This document shows positions 41,956 to 51,490 of a stretch of DNA of 64,000 nt, piece by piece. Source of the stretch: Gemmatimonadota bacterium (GTDB lineage Bacteria > Gemmatimonadota > Gemmatimonadetes > Gemmatimonadales > GWC2-71-9); the NCBI GenBank assembly GCA_039586365.1, contig JBDHKN010000005.1, positions 1 through 64,000 on the forward strand, in the 5' to 3' direction. Positions within the stretch are counted from its first letter, which is position 1; each line of letters begins with the position of its first letter. The translations under genes and the position numbers were made by a program. The notes beneath the pieces are model-generated. The model did no database searches. It was given only the letters and a program-made list of their open reading frames with translations, and was not told the DNA's origin.

Positions 41956-42831
41956 ATGCCACGACGCGTTACCTCCGTTCGACGGACAGCACAGATACAG
42001 CGGGTCCTGATCAGCATCCTGGCTGCCAACATCATCGTGGTGGTGGTGAAGCTCGTCATCGGTGTTAGAGCCGGTTCTCTCGCGGTACTCAGCGACGTGG
42101 TGCACTCCTCGGTCGACGCGATGAACAACGTGCTCGGCTTGGTGGTCGTATTGGTGGCCAGCCGAGCACCGGACGAGGACCATCCCTACGGACACCAAAA
42201 GTTCGAGACCTTGGGCGCCCTCGCGATCGTAGCTTTCCTGTCCGTGACCGCCTTCGAGGTCGTCAAAGGGGCAATCAAACGGCTGGCGGCTGGAGCCCCC
42301 ACGCTTCACATTACCGGCATAGAGGTATCTCTGCTGGCCGGGACTCTGGTGATCAACTTCCTTGTGGCCGCGTACGAGTCCCGCAAGGGTCGTCAGCTCC
42401 ACAGCGACTTCCTGCTTGCCGATGCAGCCCACACCAAAGCTGATATTTTCGTTACATTGGGAGTGCTCTCAGGAGTGCTGCTAGCTCGAGTGGGAGTCAC
42501 GTGGGCCGACCCGATCGTCGCCTTATTGGTCGCTGCAGTGATCGTGCTGTTGGCCTACCGCATCATCACGGGATCAATTCCGGTACTGGTTGACCAACAC
42601 GTGCTTCCATCGGGCACAATTCGGTCTGCGGCAGAGGAGGTCGACGGAGTAGTCCGGGCCTATGACATTCGCTCACGAGGATCGCGGGAGCGGGCATTCG
42701 CCGAACTCACCATAGCAGTGAACGGGAGCACGAGTGTGGAGCGAGCGCACGAGGTTGCCGATGCCGTTGAAGGACACCTGCGCCTGCATCTCCGGCTGCA
42801 CGAGATCATAGTGCACGTCGAACCATGTTGA
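41956..42831 (+). CDS. Cation diffusion facilitator family transporter
   Basis: SDVVHSSVD, DEDHPYGH.KFE, ADAAHTKAD, C-terminal VHVEP; GGAG before ATG 41956. Confidence 0.92.
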   Translation: MPRRVTSVRRTAQIQRVLISILAANIIVVVVKLVIGVRAGSLAVLSDVVHSSVDAMNNVLGLVVVLVASRAPDEDHPYGHQKFETLGALAIVAFLSVTAFEVVKGAIKRLAAGAPTLHITGIEVSLLAGTLVINFLVAAYESRKGRQLHSDFLLADAAHTKADIFVTLGVLSGVLLARVGVTWADPIVALLVAAVIVLLAYRIITGSIPVLVDQHVLPSGTIRSAAEEVDGVVRAYDIRSRGSRERAFAELTIAVNGSTSVERAHEVADAVEGHLRLHLRLHEIIVHVEPC

Positions 42832-43631
42832 GCAGTCCTCGTCCCCGCCCGCGGCCACTGCGTCAGCAATCGCTCCGACAAGAGTATGAGGAGTTTGTGC
42901 TCCAGCGGATCGAGGAGTACAAAGAACAGTTGTCACGCACAGAGCTCTTGGCCATTGCCGACGAGGCCGTGCGTGAGTTGGAGGTCAGCGCGGAAGAGCA
43001 ACTGGTGCTCACAGAGGTGTTGGTGTTGGAGCACGTGGACCGCCTAATAATGAGACGTCTCCGCCTGCCAACGTTCCGCCGCTGGCGAGAGCGATATCTG
43101 GAACTGCGCAAGTCACAACAGAATCCTGAGCATTGGGACCTCGATCCAACCACCCCTCTCGTCGAGCTAGCGCATCGCCTGGACGAATCAGACATGGTGT
43201 TGGTAGTGGGAGGCGGTGCAGCCCCTGCTGGCTTCTACCTTGCGGCGCACGAGTGGCCTGCCCTCCTGATCGATCAGGAGCTCAGGACCGTTGAGGCGGT
43301 CGAGGCTCGGGCCGCTGCCGAGGGTCTCAGGTCACGCATCCAAGCCCTGGTCGTAAGCATGGCAAACTGGTTCCCAGACGTCACTCCCACCCTGACTGTG
43401 ATCGAGCCGAGAGCGGTCAGCGAGCTGGATCCCCAGGTTCGGACCAGGGCCATGGACTCATTCAAGTCGCAGACTGCCTCAAGGGGAGTGCACTTCGTGC
43501 TGCCAGCCGACCGAAGAGACGGTGTTATTCCCTTCGCAGCCGAGGCACTTCAGGAACACTATGCGGACTGGTGGGTTCAGAGGACCCGGAGTGACCATGC
43601 CAACTGGGGATTCCTCGCGATAAAGCCGTGA
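42825..43631 (+). CDS. Hypothetical protein: helical N-terminus plus degenerate SAM-methyltransferase-like fold
   Basis: Overlaps the CDF stop; VLVVGGG...LLIDQE Rossmann-like pattern. Confidence 0.55.
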   Translation: MLSSPRPRPRPLRQQSLRQEYEEFVLQRIEEYKEQLSRTELLAIADEAVRELEVSAEEQLVLTEVLVLEHVDRLIMRRLRLPTFRRWRERYLELRKSQQNPEHWDLDPTTPLVELAHRLDESDMVLVVGGGAAPAGFYLAAHEWPALLIDQELRTVEAVEARAAAEGLRSRIQALVVSMANWFPDVTPTLTVIEPRAVSELDPQVRTRAMDSFKSQTASRGVHFVLPADRRDGVIPFAAEALQEHYADWWVQRTRSDHANWGFLAIKP

Positions 43632-43711
43632 CTAACCTGCTAAACGTTGCAGGGCCGGCAGCGTGCCGGCCCCATTACGCAACGTACTGCAACGGCTACT
43701 GTGAACTCGGT

Positions 43712-43885
43712 CTAGCGACGCTTCGCCCGAGCCTTCTTCTTAGTGGCCTTCTTCTTAGTGGCCTTCTTCTTGGTGGCCTTCTTCTTGGTGGCCTTCTTCT
43801 TGGTGGCCTTCTTCTTCACAGCCTTCTTCTTGGTGGCCTTCTTCTTCACAGCCTTCTTCTTGGCGGCCTTCCTCTTTGCTGGCAT
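43712..43885 (-). CDS. Histone H1-like lysine-rich protein, 57 aa
   Basis: AGGAGG RBS; MPAKRKAA then nine KKKA[TVR] units; 15-nt tandem DNA repeat. Confidence 0.8.
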   Translation of the reverse strand: MPAKRKAAKKKAVKKKATKKKAVKKKATKKKATKKKATKKKATKKKATKKKARAKRR

Positions 43886-43985
43886 GCCTACCTCCTGTTG
43901 GTGGGTCAAGCCCCGCCATTCTCGACGGGACGGTTGCCTGAGCGACATACGATGCCACTCATTGTCTCCTGCTCTCTACTCTCTG

Positions 43986-45392
43986 CTACAACACTTCGCT
44001 GCTCTCACGCTCACGACCTAGGACATCACCGAGTTCGCTCCGCTGTATGGCGTCGGACCCGACCGTGAAGTGAAAGTCACGTACGACCACAGGTGGCACT
44101 ACTACAGGCACACCCAGGCCACCCGACTCTGAGGCAACTACTCGCACTGCCGATCCTATCGACTCCACGTTGTTCAGAATCGAGATAATGCTCTCCTTGA
44201 ACCACATATTGCTCACAGGCAGGACTATTCGCCCGTCCTCGATGAGAAACATCCCATCGCGCGTGAGCCCCGTGTACGTCAGTCGACGGTGGTCCACTGG
44301 CCGAACGTACCAGAACCTCGTTACCAGCAGCCCTCGGTCGACGGTAGATACCAGGTCGTCAACCGTTCCCTCACCACCGGTGAGTTTGATTCCGCCCCCA
44401 TGCAGCAGGGGCTCTCGACCCTGCCGACTTGCCCAGTAACGGTCATACTCGAGGTTCTGCAGGACTCCGTTCTCTATCCACGTCGTGTGACGCAGCGGTG
44501 TGCCGTCAGCGGCGAACGGACGGGCCAGCAGATCGGGGTCAGTTGGATCTGACAGCACCGAAAGGCGCTCGTCGATTACCTGCTCGCCGACCCTGTTGCC
44601 ATCCCCATTCCGCGAGAAGAAGGAGCGACCTTCATCTGCAGCTCTGGCAACCAAGGCGGCTTGTAGCAGTGTTATCAGGTTGCCGACAGCGGTCGGTTCC
44701 AAAACGACCGTGTAGGCTCCGACATCGACCGCCACGGCGTTTACACTCTGCCGTGCTCTGTTGATGGCCCGCTCCGCGAGTTCTCCCGGTGGGAGCATTT
44801 GCTCCCAATCGTTGTGGGTAGTGCCAGCCCAGGCTGACCCAGTTCCGTCCGTGGTTTGCACCGTCGTTGTATGGGATGCGAGGGTCGACTGGTGGTACGC
44901 GAACAATCCTGCGGTGTTCAGCAACGCCTCTGACCTAGCCCGAGTTTGGATGAACCCACCGGCGATCAAATCCGTTGAAGACGCCCGCTCAGTGACTGCC
45001 CGCACCGCGGTCACAAAGTCTTCATCCCCCAACTCATTTGTGCTGTCGAAAAACGCGGCACTGGGCAAATACTCTTGAGGGCCGAGGGGAGGCATGGTCT
45101 CCGGATCATCGGGGGCAAGCTGCGCCAACTCTTCAGAGCGAGAGACTGCGTCTTCAACCGCGGTGTCGCGCAGATCGTTCCACGTCACGGCTGCCCGCTT
45201 CTGACCGAATGTGGATGCTACGGTCACCTCTGCATCCGAGGCATCTCCCGATACCGTCATCTCATTGCGCGCATATCTAGCGAACCGAGTCAGCCCAGAA
45301 ACTAGCGTCACTTGCGCTGCATCTGCTGAGCTGTGCGACATGACCCTCTCGCACACCTCACGCGCATCGGCTTCGGTAAGAAACTCCGCCAT
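43986..45392 (-). CDS. TldD/PmbA family protein (PmbA/TldE-like subunit)
   Basis: TRFARYARN, YTVVLEP.AV, ADEGRSFF, WIENGVL, LLVTRFWY, TGLTRDG.FLIEDG. Confidence 0.88.
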   Translation of the reverse strand: MAEFLTEADAREVCERVMSHSSADAAQVTLVSGLTRFARYARNEMTVSGDASDAEVTVASTFGQKRAAVTWNDLRDTAVEDAVSRSEELAQLAPDDPETMPPLGPQEYLPSAAFFDSTNELGDEDFVTAVRAVTERASSTDLIAGGFIQTRARSEALLNTAGLFAYHQSTLASHTTTVQTTDGTGSAWAGTTHNDWEQMLPPGELAERAINRARQSVNAVAVDVGAYTVVLEPTAVGNLITLLQAALVARAADEGRSFFSRNGDGNRVGEQVIDERLSVLSDPTDPDLLARPFAADGTPLRHTTWIENGVLQNLEYDRYWASRQGREPLLHGGGIKLTGGEGTVDDLVSTVDRGLLVTRFWYVRPVDHRRLTYTGLTRDGMFLIEDGRIVLPVSNMWFKESIISILNNVESIGSAVRVVASESGGLGVPVVVPPVVVRDFHFTVGSDAIQRSELGDVLGRERESSEVL

Positions 45393-45404
45393 CGGCGACT
45401 CTAG

Positions 45405-47003
45405 CTAGACCGCCGTGTTGACGACTCTGAAGTCATGAAACCGCGCTGCCGGACACCCATGGCTCGCCGCATTTAGCTGCGTGGGCTGACCTTTGGCATC
45501 ACCGATCGTCCCGCAGAGCTGATAGCTACGAGCACCACCCAGCATATCCAGAGAATTCCAGAACTCCAATGTATTCCCCTGATAAGCTGTGTCCTTGAGC
45601 ATGCGGGTGATTCTCCCGCCGCGCACTTCATAACACACATGAGCGCCGAACTGGAAGTTGTATCGCTGCTGATCAATGCTATAGGGGCCACGCCCTTTGA
45701 TAAGAATCCCGCGATCTGTGGCGGCAACCAGGTCATCTAGCACAAGGTCGTTCTCTGCCGGCAACAACGAGACGTTCGGCATGCGCTGCAACTGGGCGAC
45801 ATCCCAAGACTCCCCGAACGAACAGCCGTGTGAACGACTGACGCCAGTCAACTCGGCGATCAGCGTCGCTTGCTCGCGAGTCGTCTGGTAGTCCACGAAC
45901 GTGCCATCCTGGATAATGGGCCAGCTGTCGGCGGTGACACCTTCGTCATCCCACCCCACTGTCGCGAGGCCACCCCTCTGAGTCCTATCGCCGATCACGT
46001 TCATGAACTCAGGTCCGTACCGAACTTCACCGATTGCAGTCTCCGGCGGTGCCAGGAATGACGTACCTGCGTAGTTGGCTTCATAGCCAAGCGCCCTGTC
46101 GAGTTCAGTAGGACGGCCGATAGTCTCATGAATGGTGTGGAACAGATTGGTCGGATCAATAATCAAATCGTAGCGACCCGGCTCCACTGCAGTGGCAGAC
46201 AGCATCTCGACAGCCAGCTCCGCCCATTCCGTGGCCCTGCCCGGCAGATCCGCAGCCTCGACATGCTCATATCCCAGTCCCATCGGGGCAATGTCAGTCG
46301 ATGTGTGGGACGCAACGTCACTGGAGTCGGTGGCCACGGCCGTTACTGTCATCGACGGGTAAGACCGGTAAAGTGTCTGCTCAATAATACTGCCGTCTGT
46401 GGAGGCAAACGTGGTTTCCACTTTCACGAAATACATGCTCGACGTCACAAACCGGGCAGCTGACACTGCTGCCGCTACCCTGTTTGCCTCGAGCAGCAGT
46501 TCGGTCTTGTCGCTCATCCTCACAGTGAAAGGGTCTCGCCGGACCGGCGTCATCCATCTGCCGTCCGGATAAGCGGTCACTCTGGCAAGCTGCACGGGTC
46601 GGCGAATTGCTTCGCTGTTTACCTCCGCTTGCTCCACCGCCCGCAACGCGATTCTACTACACTCCTCACGTGTCACAGTCCGACTCGCCGCAAACCCCCA
46701 GGCACCGTTGACCAGTGCCCTCACTCCCACTCCAAAGGTCTCACGGTCCTGCAATTCACTGACACGCTCTTCCTGCGCGGCAACGAACTGGTCGCGTTTG
46801 TTGACGATTCGCACATCTGCATATGTGGCTCGCTTCGAACGAGCGGCGTTCAGTGCAACCAGGCATAGATCTTTGAATGCCGCACCCTGCATGGTTCCCT
46901 GCGGAGTATACCCGAACTTCGGCAGCCAATCACTACCAACTGCGCCCAGTGCAACAGCGGAAAGCGTTGATTGCTTGATGAACTCGCGTCGTGTTCGTGA
47001 CAT
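45405..47003 (-). CDS. TldD family protein with Tat signal; zinc motif altered (HETIGR)
   Basis: MSRTRREFIK; YADVRI; ELDRALGYEANYAGTSF; WDDEGV; QRMPNVSL; SIDQQRYNFQF; SHGCP. Confidence 0.88.
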   Translation of the reverse strand: MSRTRREFIKQSTLSAVALGAVGSDWLPKFGYTPQGTMQGAAFKDLCLVALNAARSKRATYADVRIVNKRDQFVAAQEERVSELQDRETFGVGVRALVNGAWGFAASRTVTREECSRIALRAVEQAEVNSEAIRRPVQLARVTAYPDGRWMTPVRRDPFTVRMSDKTELLLEANRVAAAVSAARFVTSSMYFVKVETTFASTDGSIIEQTLYRSYPSMTVTAVATDSSDVASHTSTDIAPMGLGYEHVEAADLPGRATEWAELAVEMLSATAVEPGRYDLIIDPTNLFHTIHETIGRPTELDRALGYEANYAGTSFLAPPETAIGEVRYGPEFMNVIGDRTQRGGLATVGWDDEGVTADSWPIIQDGTFVDYQTTREQATLIAELTGVSRSHGCSFGESWDVAQLQRMPNVSLLPAENDLVLDDLVAATDRGILIKGRGPYSIDQQRYNFQFGAHVCYEVRGGRITRMLKDTAYQGNTLEFWNSLDMLGGARSYQLCGTIGDAKGQPTQLNAASHGCPAARFHDFRVVNTAV

Positions 47004-47410
47004 CAATCTCCTTCCAAGTATCGCATGCGACGGTGCGAATATTATAGATACCTTTAAAACGCGCAATACTCATTCATCACCAACAACACGCTGATCAATG
47101 CAGTTTCTGCCACAGTGGATTAGGGGGGCGTGCAAAACTGGGCTTCACTCGTGCGTCCCGAGCACACTAACGACTTCTGCTTGAGTGGGTCACGCCGGCG
47201 CATGTAAATGTTCATTGACATCAATCGATCGATGCTTCGAGTACTGTACCACTCTGCGAGCAAGAGTGAGACAGCAGGTGCACACTACTGTATGGACCGC
47301 GCGTGACCCTGCAAATTGTAAGAGTAGGTTGCCGGTGGTTACCATCATAGCGCGCCCTGAGCTCACACTCACACAGCGCACGCTTGAGGTTGAAGAACTA
47401 CACAGTGGTA

Positions 47411-49156
47411 TCAGTCTTCTTCCAGCGTCGACAGATCTCCTACTTCTTCCCCCCACTCGAGTGCCCGTAGATAACGCCTGAGGATCTTCCCCGACCTGGT
47501 TTTGGGAAGCTTCTCCGCAAACGCAATCTCGTGGGGCATGGCCAACGGTGACAGCCGCTTGCGGACGAAATTCATGATCTGGAGCTCGAGTTCTTCCGAA
47601 GGTTCATAACCTGGATTCAAAGCTACGAACGCCTTGACTACCTCCATGTTGATCTCATCGGGCTTACCAATGGCTGCGGCCTCTGCCACGGCTTCGTGTT
47701 CGATAAGTGCCGACTCGATCTCAAACGGACCAACCAGGTGTCCTCCTGTGTTGATCACATCGTCGTCACGACCAACGAACCAGAAGTACCCTTCGTGGTC
47801 CATACTGGCACGATCGCCAGACACATACCACAGATCTGGATTGCTGCGAAGTTCATCGGGCTGGTCGCCGGAGTTGGCGCCAATGAACTTGCTGCGGTAG
47901 ACGTCCGGCATCCCCCAGTATGTGCGGAACATAGCTGGCCAACCGGGCCGGAATGCGATCAGTCCGACGTTTCCCGGCTGTCTGATCGGCTCGTGGCTCT
48001 TCAGGTCTAGTACTGTGGCGGAGATCCCTGGAAACGGTTTGCCCATCGATCCGGGTTTGACCTGCATGCCCGGATAGTTGGCGATCATGATTGCGCCCGT
48101 TTCCGTTTGCCAGAACGTGTCATGGAAGGGAAGCCCGAGAGCCTTCTCACTCCAGATGACCGCTTCAGCGTTCAAGGGCTCACCAACAGATACGAGGTGA
48201 CGCAATGACGACAGATCGTACTGCCGTTCTGGATTCCCAGCCTCTCGCATCAATGAACGGATTGCGGTCGGGGCCGAGTACCATACGGTCACTTTGTTGT
48301 CTTGTATGAACTGGTACCAGCGGGCCGCCATGAAACCCGAGTCCAACACGCACTGAGTAACGCCGAGTGACCAGGGACCGATAATCCCATAGCTGGTGCC
48401 GGTCACCCAACCCGGGTCCGCGGTGCACCAGTACACATCCTGGTCAGTAAGATCGAGGACCCAATTGGCTGTCAAAGCCTGACCCCAGATAGAGCTGTGC
48501 ACGTGTAGTGCACCCTTGGGCTGTCCTGTGGTACCGGATGTGTAGTGCAGCACAGAAGGACTCTCGGGATCGGCTGGAAATACGGAAAAGTCACCCGCGC
48601 GCGGTGCCGCTTCGACGCCAAAGAACACTTCTCCGTCCTTGATCTTGGACTCATCTCCATCCACGACTATGACGTATTCCAGGCTGGGTAGCCTGTCTCT
48701 GATCTTGCGGACCTTCTTCACGTGCTTCTGTGTTGTCAGGATGGCCTTTGTCTCAGCATTCGCTAATCGAATCTCGAGTGATTCATCTCCAAATGCTGAG
48801 AAGAGCGGCTGTGCAATGGCACCGAGCTTGAGGATTCCGAGGAACGCGAAGTAGAGAGTGGGAATCTTGTCCATGAATATGCAGACCCTATCACCCTGCT
48901 GGACATCTAATCCCGATAGAAATTGTGCAATGCCATTGGACAATACGCGTAGATCGTCGAAGTTGTAGGTGTGCTTCTTCCCTCCGAATCCTTCCCAGAT
49001 CAAGGCGGGCTTGTCACCTTTACCTTGTGCACATATCCGATCGGAACACAGCGCCCCGATATTCAGAATCTCACCGTCGGTCCATCCCAACAGTTCCTTA
49101 GCGATATCCCAATTGAAATCGCTGACTCTTGTATCATAGGACACGATATTGCTCAT
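47411..49156 (-). CDS. acsA: Acetate--CoA ligase-like adenylate-forming enzyme
   Basis: HYTSGTTGQPKG, WCTADPGWVTG, DTFWQTETG, GRDDD, LPKTRSGKILRR. Confidence 0.88.
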   Translation of the reverse strand: MSNIVSYDTRVSDFNWDIAKELLGWTDGEILNIGALCSDRICAQGKGDKPALIWEGFGGKKHTYNFDDLRVLSNGIAQFLSGLDVQQGDRVCIFMDKIPTLYFAFLGILKLGAIAQPLFSAFGDESLEIRLANAETKAILTTQKHVKKVRKIRDRLPSLEYVIVVDGDESKIKDGEVFFGVEAAPRAGDFSVFPADPESPSVLHYTSGTTGQPKGALHVHSSIWGQALTANWVLDLTDQDVYWCTADPGWVTGTSYGIIGPWSLGVTQCVLDSGFMAARWYQFIQDNKVTVWYSAPTAIRSLMREAGNPERQYDLSSLRHLVSVGEPLNAEAVIWSEKALGLPFHDTFWQTETGAIMIANYPGMQVKPGSMGKPFPGISATVLDLKSHEPIRQPGNVGLIAFRPGWPAMFRTYWGMPDVYRSKFIGANSGDQPDELRSNPDLWYVSGDRASMDHEGYFWFVGRDDDVINTGGHLVGPFEIESALIEHEAVAEAAAIGKPDEINMEVVKAFVALNPGYEPSEELELQIMNFVRKRLSPLAMPHEIAFAEKLPKTRSGKILRRYLRALEWGEEVGDLSTLEED

Positions 49157-49218
49157 TCATTGACTCCAAACTGTGCTTTGAATCTGTTCCCCGGTGCGGG
49201 GTGGCGAACTGACCAACC

Positions 49219-51468
49219 TCACGTGCGGATCTCTGACAGCACGGGGACTCCGGACTTCTCAGTCCCCACCACCATCCTTGGCGATCCGCCACGCATTACT
49301 AGTGATTCTTTGAATACCGGAGCCCTCAGGGTCGTATCGCTGGTCGGAAACCGTGCGGTCCAGCTCTGACTGGGATCGAACAGTCCGATGAGATCGTTGA
49401 GTACGGCAGTCGCCACCGGTAACGCTCCCCCGACCGTGCCAATGAGTACGTTTTCACTGCCATCCGGATAGTGCAGTACCACGACTTGGTTCACATCCTT
49501 GACCATCCCTAAATGACTCTGCGCCCGAACAGCCATGGGTCGCACCGTAGCCAACACTTCGTCCGGTGCGCGTATTGCCATCGCCACCAGCTTGACTCTG
49601 AACTCGAGCTCCGGTGCACGTCTAACGAGTTCGGTATCGACTTGTTCAAGGCCGACAGTCTCAATCTGCTGGCCAACATGTCGCCGACCGGTTGCTTGGG
49701 TAAGCAACAGCATCAGTTTCTGAGCTGTGTCCCAGCCAGATACATCCAATTCCGAATCCGGCTCAGTCAGTTCACGTTCAACGGCTCTGGCAAGCGCCGC
49801 GTCGAGTGTAGCTCCTTGCTCCATGTGTTCCAACATTGTGTTACAGGCACTCGACAACACGGCTTGAAGGTCTCGTACAGTGCGCTGAGACAGCGGCCTC
49901 TCCAGCGAATGGATGAGCGGCCACCCAGCCGCAATCGAATCGTGGTATGCGATGCGAATCCCATGCTGAAATGCCAACCGATCCAACGCTTCGCCGTTGG
50001 CGCGCAGCAGCGCTTTGTTCGGGGTCACTACATGGTGGCGACGGATCAAGGCCTTCTGGACCAGTGGCAACGAGCCAAGCCCACGCGTCAGATCCAACAC
50101 AACGTCAATGTCTTGCCGCGAGACGACCGCATCCGGGTCGTAGCTGACTGGGACGGCGTCAAAGACGGGGTCCAGCTCCTTCTCAGTGTCCGTCTCCGCC
50201 ACCCCAGCAACTTCGATGAGCAGACCATTCCTGGTTGCCAATTGATGGCGTCGTTCCTCAATCAGCCGCAGGAACGACGCGGCAATCTGTCCAGCACCAA
50301 GGATAGCGAGCCGTACGGACCGCAGTTCACGCGCTTCGCGCGTGAACAGAGTCTTGGGCTCAGCGCCGGCTGGGCCACGCAAGATGTCTGCAATCTGGTC
50401 CGTGTCCAACAGGAAGGCGTCGTGACCGTTGGGCGACCGAATCTCTGCATACGCAACATCGCGACCCAGGTGCTCCAGGATGTCCGCCCCTAGCTGTACC
50501 TCAGCTGGTGGATAGAGATTATCCGAGCTGATACCGATCACGATTGTGGAACAGGTAACCCGGTTCAGTGCGCTCACCAGATCTCCCCGCCCCGCACTCA
50601 CATCGTGCAGATCCATCGCGCGGCTGAACAGCAGGTAAGTGAAAGGATCGAAACGCTGGGTAATTCGCCTGCCGTGATGTCTCAGCCAGGATTCGACATT
50701 GTACATTCCCCGCTCTCTCAGCACCGAGCCCGGCGCCTTGAACCAATCCCGACCGAACTTCTCCTCGAGGCCGATGGGAGAGCGGTAACTCATCATCCCG
50801 ACACCCCGCGCCACCATCTGCCCAACTTTGGCCACCACCTCATCTTCGGTGATATCGAGCTCGATTCCACGACGCTGGAGCCAGTTCAGGCCGATCTGAT
50901 AGGGTGATGTGCGCAGCGGCGCCGCCACAACGACAGCTTGGTCGACCATGTCTGGAGCCTCGATTGCCCACTCCCAGGCGATCATCGCTCCCATACTGGG
51001 GCCGATTACCATACTCAGACGTGGTATACCCAGTGCCTCCAAGAACAACCTCTGAACCCGCATCATGTCGAGGGGAGTGAGCAGCGGGAAGCGGTCCAAG
51101 TACGGTTTGCCGTCGCCGGACGGAAACCGCGGTCCGGTGGTCCCGTAGCAGCCGCCCAGGAGATTGGGGCAGAGGACGAAATGTGTGTCGGTGTCTATTG
51201 CCCGACCCGGGCCGATGAGAGGTTCCCACCAACCCAAGGGTTCGTCGGCAAACTCACCCGTAGCGTGGCAGTCGCTAGTCATGGGGTGAATGATGAGCAC
51301 AGCGTTGTCTCTTGCCGCGTTCAGCTCACCCCACGCTTCGTAGCTAATCTGGATTGCCGATAGCTCTCCGCCGTATGCCGCCCGGAACGGTTCAGGCAGG
51401 TCGAGGTGCACAACCTTGCCAAGCTCGACTGTTGGTGAGCTCCACCAGAGATCGCGATGGTCCTTCAT
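49219..51468 (-). CDS. Fusion of homoserine O-acetyltransferase (MetX) and a divergent homoserine dehydrogenase
   Basis: N-half: YEAWGELN..RDNAVL, NLLGGCYGTTGP, GPSMG, GHDAFL. C-half: ILGAGQIA, VVTPNKA, EPD...DVSGWDTAQKL; single uninterrupted frame. Confidence 0.85.
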   Translation of the reverse strand: MKDHRDLWWSSPTVELGKVVHLDLPEPFRAAYGGELSAIQISYEAWGELNAARDNAVLIIHPMTSDCHATGEFADEPLGWWEPLIGPGRAIDTDTHFVLCPNLLGGCYGTTGPRFPSGDGKPYLDRFPLLTPLDMMRVQRLFLEALGIPRLSMVIGPSMGAMIAWEWAIEAPDMVDQAVVVAAPLRTSPYQIGLNWLQRRGIELDITEDEVVAKVGQMVARGVGMMSYRSPIGLEEKFGRDWFKAPGSVLRERGMYNVESWLRHHGRRITQRFDPFTYLLFSRAMDLHDVSAGRGDLVSALNRVTCSTIVIGISSDNLYPPAEVQLGADILEHLGRDVAYAEIRSPNGHDAFLLDTDQIADILRGPAGAEPKTLFTREARELRSVRLAILGAGQIAASFLRLIEERRHQLATRNGLLIEVAGVAETDTEKELDPVFDAVPVSYDPDAVVSRQDIDVVLDLTRGLGSLPLVQKALIRRHHVVTPNKALLRANGEALDRLAFQHGIRIAYHDSIAAGWPLIHSLERPLSQRTVRDLQAVLSSACNTMLEHMEQGATLDAALARAVERELTEPDSELDVSGWDTAQKLMLLLTQATGRRHVGQQIETVGLEQVDTELVRRAPELEFRVKLVAMAIRAPDEVLATVRPMAVRAQSHLGMVKDVNQVVVLHYPDGSENVLIGTVGGALPVATAVLNDLIGLFDPSQSWTARFPTSDTTLRAPVFKESLVMRGGSPRMVVGTEKSGVPVLSEIRT

Positions 51469-51490
51469 CGAATATCGGGTTGACCCAACC

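Noticed and set aside
43743..44021. Hydrophobic repeat ORFs (AFFLV or GGLLL repeats) on the plus strand
   Set aside because: Reverse-complement readings of the lysine-rich peptide gene, which has the strong RBS
43986..44045. Possible stop-codon loss (TAG to CAG) extending the PmbA-like C-terminus
   Set aside because: Plausible but not testable without orthologue alignment; the frame is intact
47185..47481. Small ORFs between tldD and acsA, and at 21945-22127
   Set aside because: No RBS or family motifs; likely non-coding
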